Of a stretch of DNA of 32,000 bases, positions 18,600 to 28,158 are shown piece after piece. The stretch covers positions 1,740,001 to 1,772,000 of the forward strand of contig NZ_CP013213.1 of assembly GCF_001545095.1 (NCBI RefSeq), given 5' to 3'. Each line of letters begins with the position of its first letter. Positions within the stretch are counted from its first letter, which is position 1. The notes under the pieces are model-generated. The model was not told where the DNA came from, did no database searches, and saw only the letters and a program-made list of their open reading frames with translations. A program made the translations under genes and the position numbers. Source of the DNA: Erysipelothrix larvae (GTDB lineage Bacteria > Bacillota_I > Bacilli_A > Erysipelotrichales > Erysipelotrichaceae).

Positions 18600-18923
18600 T
18601 TAACCCTTCCCCTTATTTTTGATGAGTGATATCGCAAATTTAAGAACACGCTCACCATTAACTTTTCCATAATCCTCTAAATTGATAACCTCAACGGGTG
18701 TGTTTGGTTCATACTTAGCTTTTGTTTCTTTTTCTAAGTATTTCACTTGTGGTCCCAGTAAAATGACATCTGGATTAAACTGTGACACAATATCTTCCAT
18801 CTTTGAATCCGAAAAAGCTTTTACCTCAATTGGTAAATTATACTGGGTTGCGACTTCTTGCATTTTGCTTGCAAGCAAACTCGTCGACATCCCCGCATTA
18901 CAGAATAAGTACACTCTTTTCAT
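18600..18923 (-). CDS. PTS lactose/cellobiose-family EIIB
   Basis: MKRVYLFCNAGMSTSLLASKM carries the active-site Cys in the CxxGxSTS loop. 107 aa. SD sequence AGGGAGA. Confidence 0.9.
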   Translation of the reverse strand: MKRVYLFCNAGMSTSLLASKMQEVATQYNLPIEVKAFSDSKMEDIVSQFNPDVILLGPQVKYLEKETKAKYEPNTPVEVINLEDYGKVNGERVLKFAISLIKNKGKG

Positions 18924-18950
18924 GAATGTTCTCCCTTCGTCCTTATATTA

Positions 18951-19009
18951 ATATCCTAACAAATGAACCGAATCTTTGATTATCGTAAATTTCCTATCAG
19001 TTAGGAATA
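18951..19009. promoter_or_regulatory. Cluster of three ATTTCCTAA-like motif copies upstream of the EIIB-EIIC-GrdB-like operon
   Basis: ATATCCTAA at 18951-18959. ATTTCCTAT at 18989-18997 and TTAGGAATA at 19001-19009 form the inverted repeat TTCCTA-tcagt-TAGGAA. The cluster lies 28-86 bp upstream of the start at 18923. Confidence 0.4.
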
Positions 19010-19269
19010 CAAAAGTGACAGACTTTTGTGTAGATTCAAAAAAGAAACCCAAATCTTCCCATTTCTTCTCGGGATAAATCTCGGTTTCTTCTTATATTTG
19101 GATATTAAACTTTAAAGGTTTTTTCTCTCAACACTATTTCTTGGGAAAAGTTATTTATCGATTATTGGTTCATCTTTGTTAAGTAAGCCCAAACTTTCAT
19201 GAATCGAATTATATGATTTGAAGACCATGTTCTCTTGATACACAAGTCTTTAGCATATCAAAAGAAATT

Positions 19270-19311
19270 GAAACAAGATATCCTTTAAGTGTAAGCGATA
19301 TTTCTTGTTTC
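19270..19311 (-). terminator. Candidate terminator hairpin for the malic enzyme-fumC operon
   Basis: GAAACAAGATATC ... GATAtTTCTTGTTTC is a 13-bp stem with one bulge. On the minus strand it is followed by AATTTCTTTT. It lies about 260 nt after the fumC stop. Confidence 0.35.
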
Positions 19312-19479
19312 TTTAAAATCATCTCGTTTGAGTCTTATTATTTTCTTGATTTCCTCTTAACTAAAACCGTAATAATCTTTGCTCTTATTCTTAAAATGAA
19401 ACAGATGAAACAGCAAACATGATCCGATTAAAAGAGCCGTTATCATTGGCACCAATTATCAAGGTAATTCACTATTTTT

Positions 19480-19497
19480 ATTAGGACACTTCCTAAT
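19480..19497. promoter_or_regulatory. 7-4-7 palindrome ATTAGGA-cact-TCCTAAT built from the same TAGGA core
   Basis: Perfect inverted repeat about 80 nt downstream of the fumC stop, with no U-tract on the minus strand, so it is unlikely to be a terminator. Confidence 0.3.
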
Positions 19498-19572
19498 CGT
19501 GATGATCTTAATCATCTCTGACATAGGTATCTTTCAAGCATCTTAGCATGCAGAACAAAGCATCAATGCCTC

Positions 19573-20937
19573 CTACTTACCCTTTATATCATAGGGTTTT
19601 ATCATTGATTTCACATTCAAGTTTTGATCAAAGTCTTCTTCACTCATGAGTTGATGGCCTAAGACGACTTCTTTGATACTCAGTCCTTTTTCATGTGCTT
19701 CATTAACAAGCTTTGTTGTTTGGTCATACCCTAAGGTTTGATTCAACGCAGTTGCACTCATTAAGGTATGTTCTAGATTATAGGCCATCTTTGATGTGAT
19801 CGGTTTAAGACCCATTAAACAGCGTTTGGTGAATGAATCTAGACTGTCACTGAGTAATGTAATAGATTGCCAGAGCGTATATCCCATTAATGGCATGTAG
19901 ACATTAAGTTGGAAGTTCCCTTGTGAGTTGGCGATGGTCATTGTTTGGTTATTCCCCATGATCTGAACACAGACCATCGTCAGTGCTTCAATTTGGGTTG
20001 GGTTCACCTTACCCGGCATGATGGAGCTTCCCGCTTCATTGGCAGGAAGTTCAAGTTCACCAAGACCTGTACGTGGCCCACTTGCAAGCCATCGAATGTC
20101 ATTGGCCATTTTCATAATGTTTGTCGCACAGGTTGTAATCGCATTGTGTGTATTCACAAGTGCATCCTTACTGCTTAACCCATGAAACTTATTGAGTTGG
20201 GGTTTGACATTGAGGTTTAGTCTTTGATTTAAAACATCACACACGTCCTTATCAAAGCCATTGTAAGTATTGAGTCCTGTTCCTACAGCAGTACCCCCAA
20301 TTGCAAGGTCTAACACATATTTAAGACTGTCTTCAATTTGTGATTTATTTTGATTTAACATAGACACCCACGCACTGACTTCCTGTCCAAAAGACAACGG
20401 CGTTGCATCTTGTAAATGCGTCCGTCCTGTTTTGATTAATGCATGTGATTGTACTTCCAATTCTTCTAAGGTCTTGATACATTGTGTGAGTGTTGGAAGC
20501 AGGGTGTTTTGAATCATGGAAAGGGTCATGATGTGAAGTGCTGTAGGAAATACATCATTTGACGATTGTCCTTTGTTGACATCATCATTAGGATGAAGGC
20601 CATGTCCCCCAATATGTGCAATCACTTCATTCGCATTCATATTAGTTTGTGTACCAGAACCCGTTTGCCAGACTGATAACGGAAAATGGATCATAAAATC
20701 CGTATCTAGAAGTGTGTCTATAGCCTCCATGATGGCGTTTCCTTTTTCCTGACTTAAGATACCTTGGGTCATATTACTTAAGGCACACGCATACTTTACT
20801 TCAAGAAGTGCTTTAATTAAGTCCTTTGGCATTTTTTCAGTTCCAATGGGGAAATTATTGAGTGAACGTTGGGTGTTTTTACCCCAGGTCTTTGTGTCAT
20901 CCAGTGTGACTGATTCAAATTGATGGTTCGCACTCAT
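19573..20937 (-). CDS. fumC: Class II fumarate hydratase
   Basis: GSSIMPGKVNPTQIEALTMV signature (fumarase-type PTQ) and SSNDVFPTA block. 454 aa. Its start overlaps the upstream stop (ATGA). Confidence 0.9.
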   Translation of the reverse strand: MSANHQFESVTLDDTKTWGKNTQRSLNNFPIGTEKMPKDLIKALLEVKYACALSNMTQGILSQEKGNAIMEAIDTLLDTDFMIHFPLSVWQTGSGTQTNMNANEVIAHIGGHGLHPNDDVNKGQSSNDVFPTALHIMTLSMIQNTLLPTLTQCIKTLEELEVQSHALIKTGRTHLQDATPLSFGQEVSAWVSMLNQNKSQIEDSLKYVLDLAIGGTAVGTGLNTYNGFDKDVCDVLNQRLNLNVKPQLNKFHGLSSKDALVNTHNAITTCATNIMKMANDIRWLASGPRTGLGELELPANEAGSSIMPGKVNPTQIEALTMVCVQIMGNNQTMTIANSQGNFQLNVYMPLMGYTLWQSITLLSDSLDSFTKRCLMGLKPITSKMAYNLEHTLMSATALNQTLGYDQTTKLVNEAHEKGLSIKEVVLGHQLMSEEDFDQNLNVKSMIKPYDIKGK

Positions 20938-22112
20938 TTTAAAATCACTCCCATCTCAATTGCTTTTTGAGCCACCGCTTGTGCCACGTTTCTTGACACT
21001 TCAGGATTGAGTGCAGATGGGATGATGTTCTCATCATTGAGTTCATCTTCGGATAAAACACTTTGAATTCCGTACGCTGCCGCTAGTTTCATGGCTTCAT
21101 TGATTTCAGTTGCTCTTACACTTAAGGCCCCTTGAAAGATACCTGGGAATGCGAGGACATTGTTGACTTGATTTGGATAGTCAGAACGACCCGTTCCTAC
21201 AATACGAGCACCAGCACGTTTTGCTTTTTCATAGGTTATTTCTGGGTTTGGGTTAGCCATTGCGAAAACAACTGCATCGTGATTCATGGATCGTATATCC
21301 TCTTCACTGACGATGTCTGGTGCAGAGACACCAATAAAGACATCAGCATTTTTGAGTAAGTCACTGAGTGTTTTCTCTTCATTTAAATCAGAAATGCACT
21401 CACAAATTCCTTGAACCACAAAGTCATAGCTGTCTTTCTTTGTTTTATCAACTGGACCGTTAACATTATATGCATAAATGTTTGAAATACCTGCTTCACT
21501 TAACATATGGATAATAGAGCTTCCAGCAGCACCTGTTCCAGATACAACTACTTTAGCTTCTTTTAGTTCTTTGCCAATGAGTTTAAATGCATTGATGAGT
21601 CCTGCCATTACTACAATTGCAGTACCATGTTGATCATCATGAAACACTGGAATATTCAAACGTTTTTGAAGTTGTTTCTCAATATAGACACATTCTGGTG
21701 CTTTAATGTCTTCAAGGTTAATCCCCCCAAAAGTAGGTGCCATCATCTCAACAGCACGAATGATTTCATCAGGATCTTTTGTATCAAGCATGATAGGAAC
21801 AGCATTAACATTTGAGAATGCTTTAAAGAGCATGGCTTTTCCTTCCATCACTGGAAGTCCTGCAGATGCACCAATATCGCCCAGTCCTAACACCGCTGAA
21901 CCATTACTCACAACTGCCACAGTATTCGATTTCCATGTTGTTTCATAGATTGATTGCGGATTATTTTGTATTTCAACACAAGGTTGGGCAACACCTGGTG
22001 AATACAGTAAACTCATGATTTCAAGTGAATCCACATCCATCTTATTTCTTATCTCGATCTTCCCTTTTAATTGTTTATGAAGATCCAATGCTTTTTGATT
22101 AAGGTCTGTCAT
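20934..22112 (-). CDS. NAD(P)-dependent malic enzyme (short bacterial type, oxaloacetate-decarboxylating malate dehydrogenase)
   Basis: LYSPGVAQPC, VVSNGSAVLGLGDIG, FGGINLEDI, VFHDDQHGTAIV and VVVSGTGAAG blocks are typical of the ~390-aa malic enzymes. Confidence 0.9.
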   Translation of the reverse strand: MTDLNQKALDLHKQLKGKIEIRNKMDVDSLEIMSLLYSPGVAQPCVEIQNNPQSIYETTWKSNTVAVVSNGSAVLGLGDIGASAGLPVMEGKAMLFKAFSNVNAVPIMLDTKDPDEIIRAVEMMAPTFGGINLEDIKAPECVYIEKQLQKRLNIPVFHDDQHGTAIVVMAGLINAFKLIGKELKEAKVVVSGTGAAGSSIIHMLSEAGISNIYAYNVNGPVDKTKKDSYDFVVQGICECISDLNEEKTLSDLLKNADVFIGVSAPDIVSEEDIRSMNHDAVVFAMANPNPEITYEKAKRAGARIVGTGRSDYPNQVNNVLAFPGIFQGALSVRATEINEAMKLAAAYGIQSVLSEDELNDENIIPSALNPEVSRNVAQAVAQKAIEMGVILK

Positions 22113-22177
22113 TTAGGTCGCTCACTTTCTCTATATATTATTCTAGCAAAATCCCATGTATTTATATAATACTTTTT

Positions 22178-22198
22178 TTAGGAATGACTTAGGAAATG
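22178..22198. promoter_or_regulatory. Tandem (11-bp spaced) copies of the motif upstream of the malic enzyme-fumC operon
   Basis: TTAGGAATG at 22178-22186 and TTAGGAAAT at 22189-22197. The 12-mer ACTTAGGAAATG (22187-22198) is identical to 14214-14225. A possible extended -10 (TGCTAGAAT, minus strand) lies about 32 nt downstream of the proximal copy. Confidence 0.45.
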
Positions 22199-22444
22199 TT
22201 TTCTACTTAAACTTTATTGATTAGTGTTCCATTTGAACTAAACGACTGCAATATATTATGATTCGATTAATGAACAAAAATACCATACCGTGATAGATAT
22301 GGCATTTTTACAGATCTATGTTAATGATTGATGTCATACTCTTTATTATTTCTAGAACTATGTCCTATTTGAGCACAACGAAGTGTGATCCTATTTTGGC
22401 TAAAAATCATTTCATTTTATTTTCACGAAGAAATCTACTTGTAT

Positions 22445-23227
22445 CTATTTAACATATTGTGTATCACCAATAACTTCTACTGTGTACACACCGTTTTTAT
22501 AATGGATGATTGTAACAGAGCCATTCGCGATCTTTTCACCTTGATACTGACCCGGAACGATGCTTTCAACCATAAGAGGAATGATACCTCCAGAAGAAAC
22601 AATCAGTATATTACCGCCACCGCGTTTTAATGCATCTTCCACAGTGTCGGTCATTGCATCCTTCCCCCTTTTTACCATTTCATCATAGGTTTCTGCTGCA
22701 TGTAGCGGATCTACTTGTGCTGTCCGATTAATATAATCTTCTTCACCAATCATGTCTAGTAACCAAAACCAGACATTCTCTACATCGTCTGGGAACTCTT
22801 CAATACCCAAGGATTTTGCAACTTGAATGTTAATTTCCATATTCGGACCGCCTTCAAATCCCCCATAATTCATTTCCCTAAATCCTATGTTTTCAGTTAT
22901 TAATGGTACTTCATGTTTGTTCTCAGCTAGGATTAATTTTGCTGTATTCCTTTGCCTTGCAAGATCACTTGAATATGCACCAGCAAATGATATATCCTGG
23001 AGTCCTACGCCTACTTTCCTCGCTTGTTCTTCGCCTACTTCTGTGAGTGGCGAATCACAATATCCTTGTACCTGATCTGTTGTATTAAACCATGTTTTAC
23101 CATGCCTCACTAGATATATCGTTACTTCTTTATCAGCATTTTCTGTTTTTTTATCAGCTGAATTACATCCAACAAGACAGAAGGCAATCAGTAAGGTCAA
23201 TAATACTTTCCATACTTTTTTCATCAA
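22445..23227 (-). CDS. Secreted lipoprotein of the histidine phosphatase (phosphoglycerate-mutase-like) superfamily
   Basis: Signal peptide with lipobox (LIAFCLVGCNS), followed by the IYLVRHGKTWFN RHG catalytic motif and DSPLTEVGEEQA. Confidence 0.8.
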   Translation of the reverse strand: MMKKVWKVLLTLLIAFCLVGCNSADKKTENADKEVTIYLVRHGKTWFNTTDQVQGYCDSPLTEVGEEQARKVGVGLQDISFAGAYSSDLARQRNTAKLILAENKHEVPLITENIGFREMNYGGFEGGPNMEINIQVAKSLGIEEFPDDVENVWFWLLDMIGEEDYINRTAQVDPLHAAETYDEMVKRGKDAMTDTVEDALKRGGGNILIVSSGGIIPLMVESIVPGQYQGEKIANGSVTIIHYKNGVYTVEVIGDTQYVK

Positions 23228-23619
23228 ATTGGTCCTCCAATTGTACTTATTATATTTGCTTACCTAACACTATGTATTTAGCTAATGTTAGTATATTCTC
23301 CATCAAAACCATCCAATTAATACACTTTGTGCAACTATGTTATTTTAGTGTGCATATTAAAGGGTTATTGATGAAGGGATGGTCAATGTGCACAATCTTA
23401 AACTAAAAAACACTCATCCACGAGTCAAGTATTAATCTCGTGTGATGCTTTTCTTCTTTCAGTATAGTGTTAACTCTATATAATCTTATTATTAAGGATA
23501 TTTGTTGATATCTCAACCAATGTTTTGCACGCTCAGGTGAAAAATTATAGCGACAACTAATTGTATGATAGTCTATGCTTCCATTATATTGATTTGCTAT
23601 ACTTATTGAATTCTGTCGT

Positions 23620-25527
23620 TTACATCTTTGATTTTATAAAGTGTTTAAATTCATCAAATGATTGAATGTTCCATAGTTCAGAGTAAAGCTCAGGATAATC
23701 AAAAAGTGAGATTATCGCCTCATATACACTGGAGAAAGTATAACGATCAACATAGTTAATCGAAGCTAGAAGTACAATGTTAACTCTTTTTTCACCCCAT
23801 ACAAATCCTTTTTTTGATATTGCGACGCTAATATTCGTTTTATTTGCATCCATATACACAGAATGTGGTATTGCAAAGAGCTCGAATGCTGTCGAAGATG
23901 CTTTTTCTCTTTCAAGAACTTTATCTAGGTACTGAGTTTTAACAATATTATCCGCTTCAAGATTATTGCACATAAATTCTAGCAGTTCATCTCTATCTTC
24001 AATATCAAGATTATTGTAAAAATACTTTTCACTAAAATATGTGTCAAATTTCTCAAAAAGAATTGATTTTTTTCGCTGCAAAAGCATATCTTGAATTTTT
24101 GAACTTAGGTGAAGTTTTTGTTCATCTGAAAGAATAGGTAAGACTTCGATCGTTGCACAATTCAAGTTGATGCTCGTTTTCAATGTCGTGATAAGTAAAT
24201 CTATATCCGCGGATTCAAGTTCGATAGGATTTGATGTAACAAGAACTATATTCAGTTCATCACTGAAATTTTTTTGCAGTTGCCGGTATAGTTGCTCGGC
24301 ATGATTCATATAGTTCGGACATAAAATTGCCGTCTTAATTTTGGAACTGTTTTTCTTTTGCCCCTCTAACTCTGACCCAATGTGCAAAGCAATATATGCA
24401 CTCTCATGATCATTAATCGTAATTCCTAATAACTCTCCTAGTCGGTAGGATACATATACTGAGATGTCGTAAACAATAGGAAAATCAGTCTTTAGCACCT
24501 CAATCATCGGATTTTTCAAGTAAGCATCGTTTTTTGCACGATGATATAAATTACTGAGATGAATCGCGAAATTCAAAAAGAATTGTTCGCTTTTTAAATG
24601 AATTCCGTAGCTTTGATATACTTCTCCAACAATAATATTCAGACTCTCAATGATGTCTCTATGTATCACATTTTCGATTTTTTTAATATTCACATTCGGA
24701 ATGAAGTTGACGTTTGCTTGGAATAGGTAATAAAGTTCTTGTTTCTCAACATCATTTAGGATTACTTCGAATTCTTTTTCAAGCTTCTCGACAAACTCCT
24801 CTACAATGTTAGCTTTGGAGTCTTTGAAAAGAAGAATTATATCTTCATTTGAAATAAGAGAACGCCCATTTTTCACAGAAACGATGAGTACAAGTATATG
24901 TAACAAGAGATTCATGAAAGCAAAATCATTCATCTTAATATCTTCATACTCAAGAACTTCCTCAATGAGATTCGTAATTTTAGTGACATATTCATATTCA
25001 AAATTTTGTTCTAAAATTTCTTGTGTCATGAAATAGTTAGGGATTTCTTCAAAAATTACGTATGATGCTAGTCTTCTGATTTCCTTTTCGTTCCCTATTA
25101 TTTCAATTTTATCTTGACTAATTTCAAACTGTAGGTTAAAGGAATCGAATACTTGATTCATTCTTGATATATCAGACTTGATAGTTGAATAACTCACGAA
25201 TAATTCTTCTGTCAGATCAAAAACATCAACCTTTAGATTATCGATTGCAATTTTCTTAATAATGTAATTTGCTCTCTCTTTAAAAGTCTGTGGTATCTTG
25301 GTGGTAGGCATCAATTGTTCCAGAGTTTCACTTGGTAAATAGTTATTCACCCAATAACCTTGATTCGAAGAAAAAATAATTGTATCACCGGAAATAGCAT
25401 TGATTTCTTTTACATAATTTTTTACGGTTCTTATCGACACATTCAAAAGATTTGCAATTTTACGTGCAGATATAGGATAACTTTTATGTAAGAGGTAGTT
25501 TAATAGATTTGTTTGCTTTTCATTCAT
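23620..25527 (-). CDS. Second PRD-domain transcriptional regulator (HTH + PRDs + EIIB/EIIA-like domains)
   Basis: N-terminal HTH segment LLNYLLHKSYPISARKIANLLNVSIRTVKNYVKEIN. 635 aa with the same architecture as the regulator at 14330-16249. SD sequence AAAGGGGAAG. Confidence 0.85.
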   Translation of the reverse strand: MNEKQTNLLNYLLHKSYPISARKIANLLNVSIRTVKNYVKEINAISGDTIIFSSNQGYWVNNYLPSETLEQLMPTTKIPQTFKERANYIIKKIAIDNLKVDVFDLTEELFVSYSTIKSDISRMNQVFDSFNLQFEISQDKIEIIGNEKEIRRLASYVIFEEIPNYFMTQEILEQNFEYEYVTKITNLIEEVLEYEDIKMNDFAFMNLLLHILVLIVSVKNGRSLISNEDIILLFKDSKANIVEEFVEKLEKEFEVILNDVEKQELYYLFQANVNFIPNVNIKKIENVIHRDIIESLNIIVGEVYQSYGIHLKSEQFFLNFAIHLSNLYHRAKNDAYLKNPMIEVLKTDFPIVYDISVYVSYRLGELLGITINDHESAYIALHIGSELEGQKKNSSKIKTAILCPNYMNHAEQLYRQLQKNFSDELNIVLVTSNPIELESADIDLLITTLKTSINLNCATIEVLPILSDEQKLHLSSKIQDMLLQRKKSILFEKFDTYFSEKYFYNNLDIEDRDELLEFMCNNLEADNIVKTQYLDKVLEREKASSTAFELFAIPHSVYMDANKTNISVAISKKGFVWGEKRVNIVLLASINYVDRYTFSSVYEAIISLFDYPELYSELWNIQSFDEFKHFIKSKM

Positions 25528-25780
25528 TGTCTTCCCCTTTCACATTCAAAATGCATTTATTCTGTTCTCCTAAAACAGAGTTTTACCTAATACTTTATTT
25601 TGTATCCTTTCAATTGAGAGTCTTCTCAATTATTACTTTAGAATTTTTTCGCGCTGATTTAAAGGTTTCTTGCGATATATTATTATAAAAAGTTTTATAC
25701 CAAAGATAATACCAACAAAAAATAGATCAAATCAGTGTTATAGGTAGCCATATATTATCTGACCACCCCTTCACAAACAC

Positions 25781-25806
25781 AAAAACATACGAGTAAAACG
25801 TATGCT
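25781..25806 (-). terminator. Rho-independent terminator after EIIA of the GH1 operon
   Basis: On the minus strand: CATACG ttttact CGTATG followed by TTTTTGTGTTTG. Confidence 0.6.
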
Positions 25807-25813
25807 TTTATCA

Positions 25814-26161
25814 TTATTTTACGGATATCTCAAACAATTCAATAATTGCTAAAGTTAGTTTAATTTCGCTCATGATAGTCATAAGCGTATCCTGTGCGTG
25901 TGTAAATAATAGACTGTTTCCATGATAAACTCCAGCCATTTCACTTTGAATAATATCCGTTTGTGCTTTATGAGCAAGGACAATATCTTCCTGAGCAGCA
26001 TCGAGCAACTCGTACGATTCAGCAAACTTTTTTATTTTCGCTTTGTCAATTGCAGTTTGAGACTTCAACCTGGCATCTCCTGCATGTAATATGATTTTCA
26101 TAGCTACTTCAACTAGCTCGCTGTTCTCATGTAAATTTTCTTCTAGGCTGTCGTTTGTCAT
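25814..26161 (-). CDS. PTS lactose/cellobiose-family EIIA (canonical)
   Basis: LAHKAQTDIIQSEMAG and LLFTHAQDTLMT blocks. 115 aa. Confidence 0.88.
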   Translation of the reverse strand: MTNDSLEENLHENSELVEVAMKIILHAGDARLKSQTAIDKAKIKKFAESYELLDAAQEDIVLAHKAQTDIIQSEMAGVYHGNSLLFTHAQDTLMTIMSEIKLTLAIIELFEISVK

Positions 26162-26239
26162 GTTAACCTCTTTCTATTTTTTATCAATGCTTTAAAATCT
26201 ACAAATTAATCTGTATCAAAATATATACTTGTTAGTTTT

Positions 26240-26557
26240 TTATTTCTTGTCTATGATATCGAGTGCATAATTAAGAAGACTATCTCCATCTAGACTTGCA
26301 TAAATCGTTTGTGATATCACAACAACTGGTAAATCATAGGGTTCAGCCATTTTTTGAAACTTTTCCAGTTGATTAGAATAATGAGGGCCAATCATCAATA
26401 TATCAATAGATGATAAATAACTCGAAACCTCACTTTCAGATCTTGCTTCGATACTTGCAATGATTCCTCTTTTTTTAGCAGATTTTCTTGCTTTTTGAGC
26501 TAAAAACCCGCTTGACATCCCCGCTCCGCAACACAATAAAATTCTTACTTTTTCCAT
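26240..26557 (-). CDS. PTS lactose/cellobiose-family EIIB
   Basis: VRILLCCGAGMSSGFLAQKARK active-site Cys loop. The ATG at 26557 (MEKVRILL) is preferred because AAGGAG lies 10 nt upstream; the ORF-track ATG at 26566 is only 1 nt from that SD. Confidence 0.85.
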   Translation of the reverse strand: MEKVRILLCCGAGMSSGFLAQKARKSAKKRGIIASIEARSESEVSSYLSSIDILMIGPHYSNQLEKFQKMAEPYDLPVVVISQTIYASLDGDSLLNYALDIIDKK

Positions 26558-26619
26558 GATAAACATTCTCCTTTTTATTTGTTAATATGTGTGAGGCTCT
26601 TATTCAATATTTAGCAATA

Positions 26620-26661
26620 GTGTACGAAAGGAACATGAATAAACATGCTTCCTTCGTACAC
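26620..26661 (-). promoter_or_regulatory. Long near-perfect intercistronic stem-loop between the GH1 gene and EIIB
   Basis: GTGTACGAAaGGAAcATG aataaa CATgCTTCCTTCGTACAC pairs about 17 bp with two single-nt bulges. It starts 10 nt after the GH1 stop, with no U-tract on either strand. Confidence 0.5.
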
Positions 26662-26670
26662 CAAATCTAG

Positions 26671-28158
<1,488 letters not shown>

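Noticed and set aside
19100-19470. Possible relic of a transposase/integrase gene. Minus-strand fragments such as ..QENMVFKSYNSIHESLGLL.. are vaguely reminiscent of rve-domain C-termini.
   Set aside because: The frames are broken by many stops, the similarity is too short and comes from memory only, and no inverted repeats or target duplications were seen. I make no mobile-element call.
22275-22308. A-run / CCATA...TATGG / T-run element downstream of the phosphatase gene as a terminator.
   Set aside because: The stem is only 5 bp with a 10-nt loop, which is too weak to call.
23092-23406. 104-aa plus-strand ORF, and the similar ORFs 22385-22630, 29327-29638 and 29596-29886 in intergenic or promoter DNA.
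   Set aside because: Their translations are AT-rich and low-complexity (F/I/L/Y/N-rich). They overlap neighbouring gene ends or terminators and have no SD or family resemblance.
23419-23442. CACGAG...CTCGTG hairpin about 180 nt downstream of the second regulator gene as its terminator.
   Set aside because: It has a 6-bp stem, a 12-nt loop and a U-run separated from the stem by 8 nt on the minus strand. That is marginal, so I did not list it as a feature.
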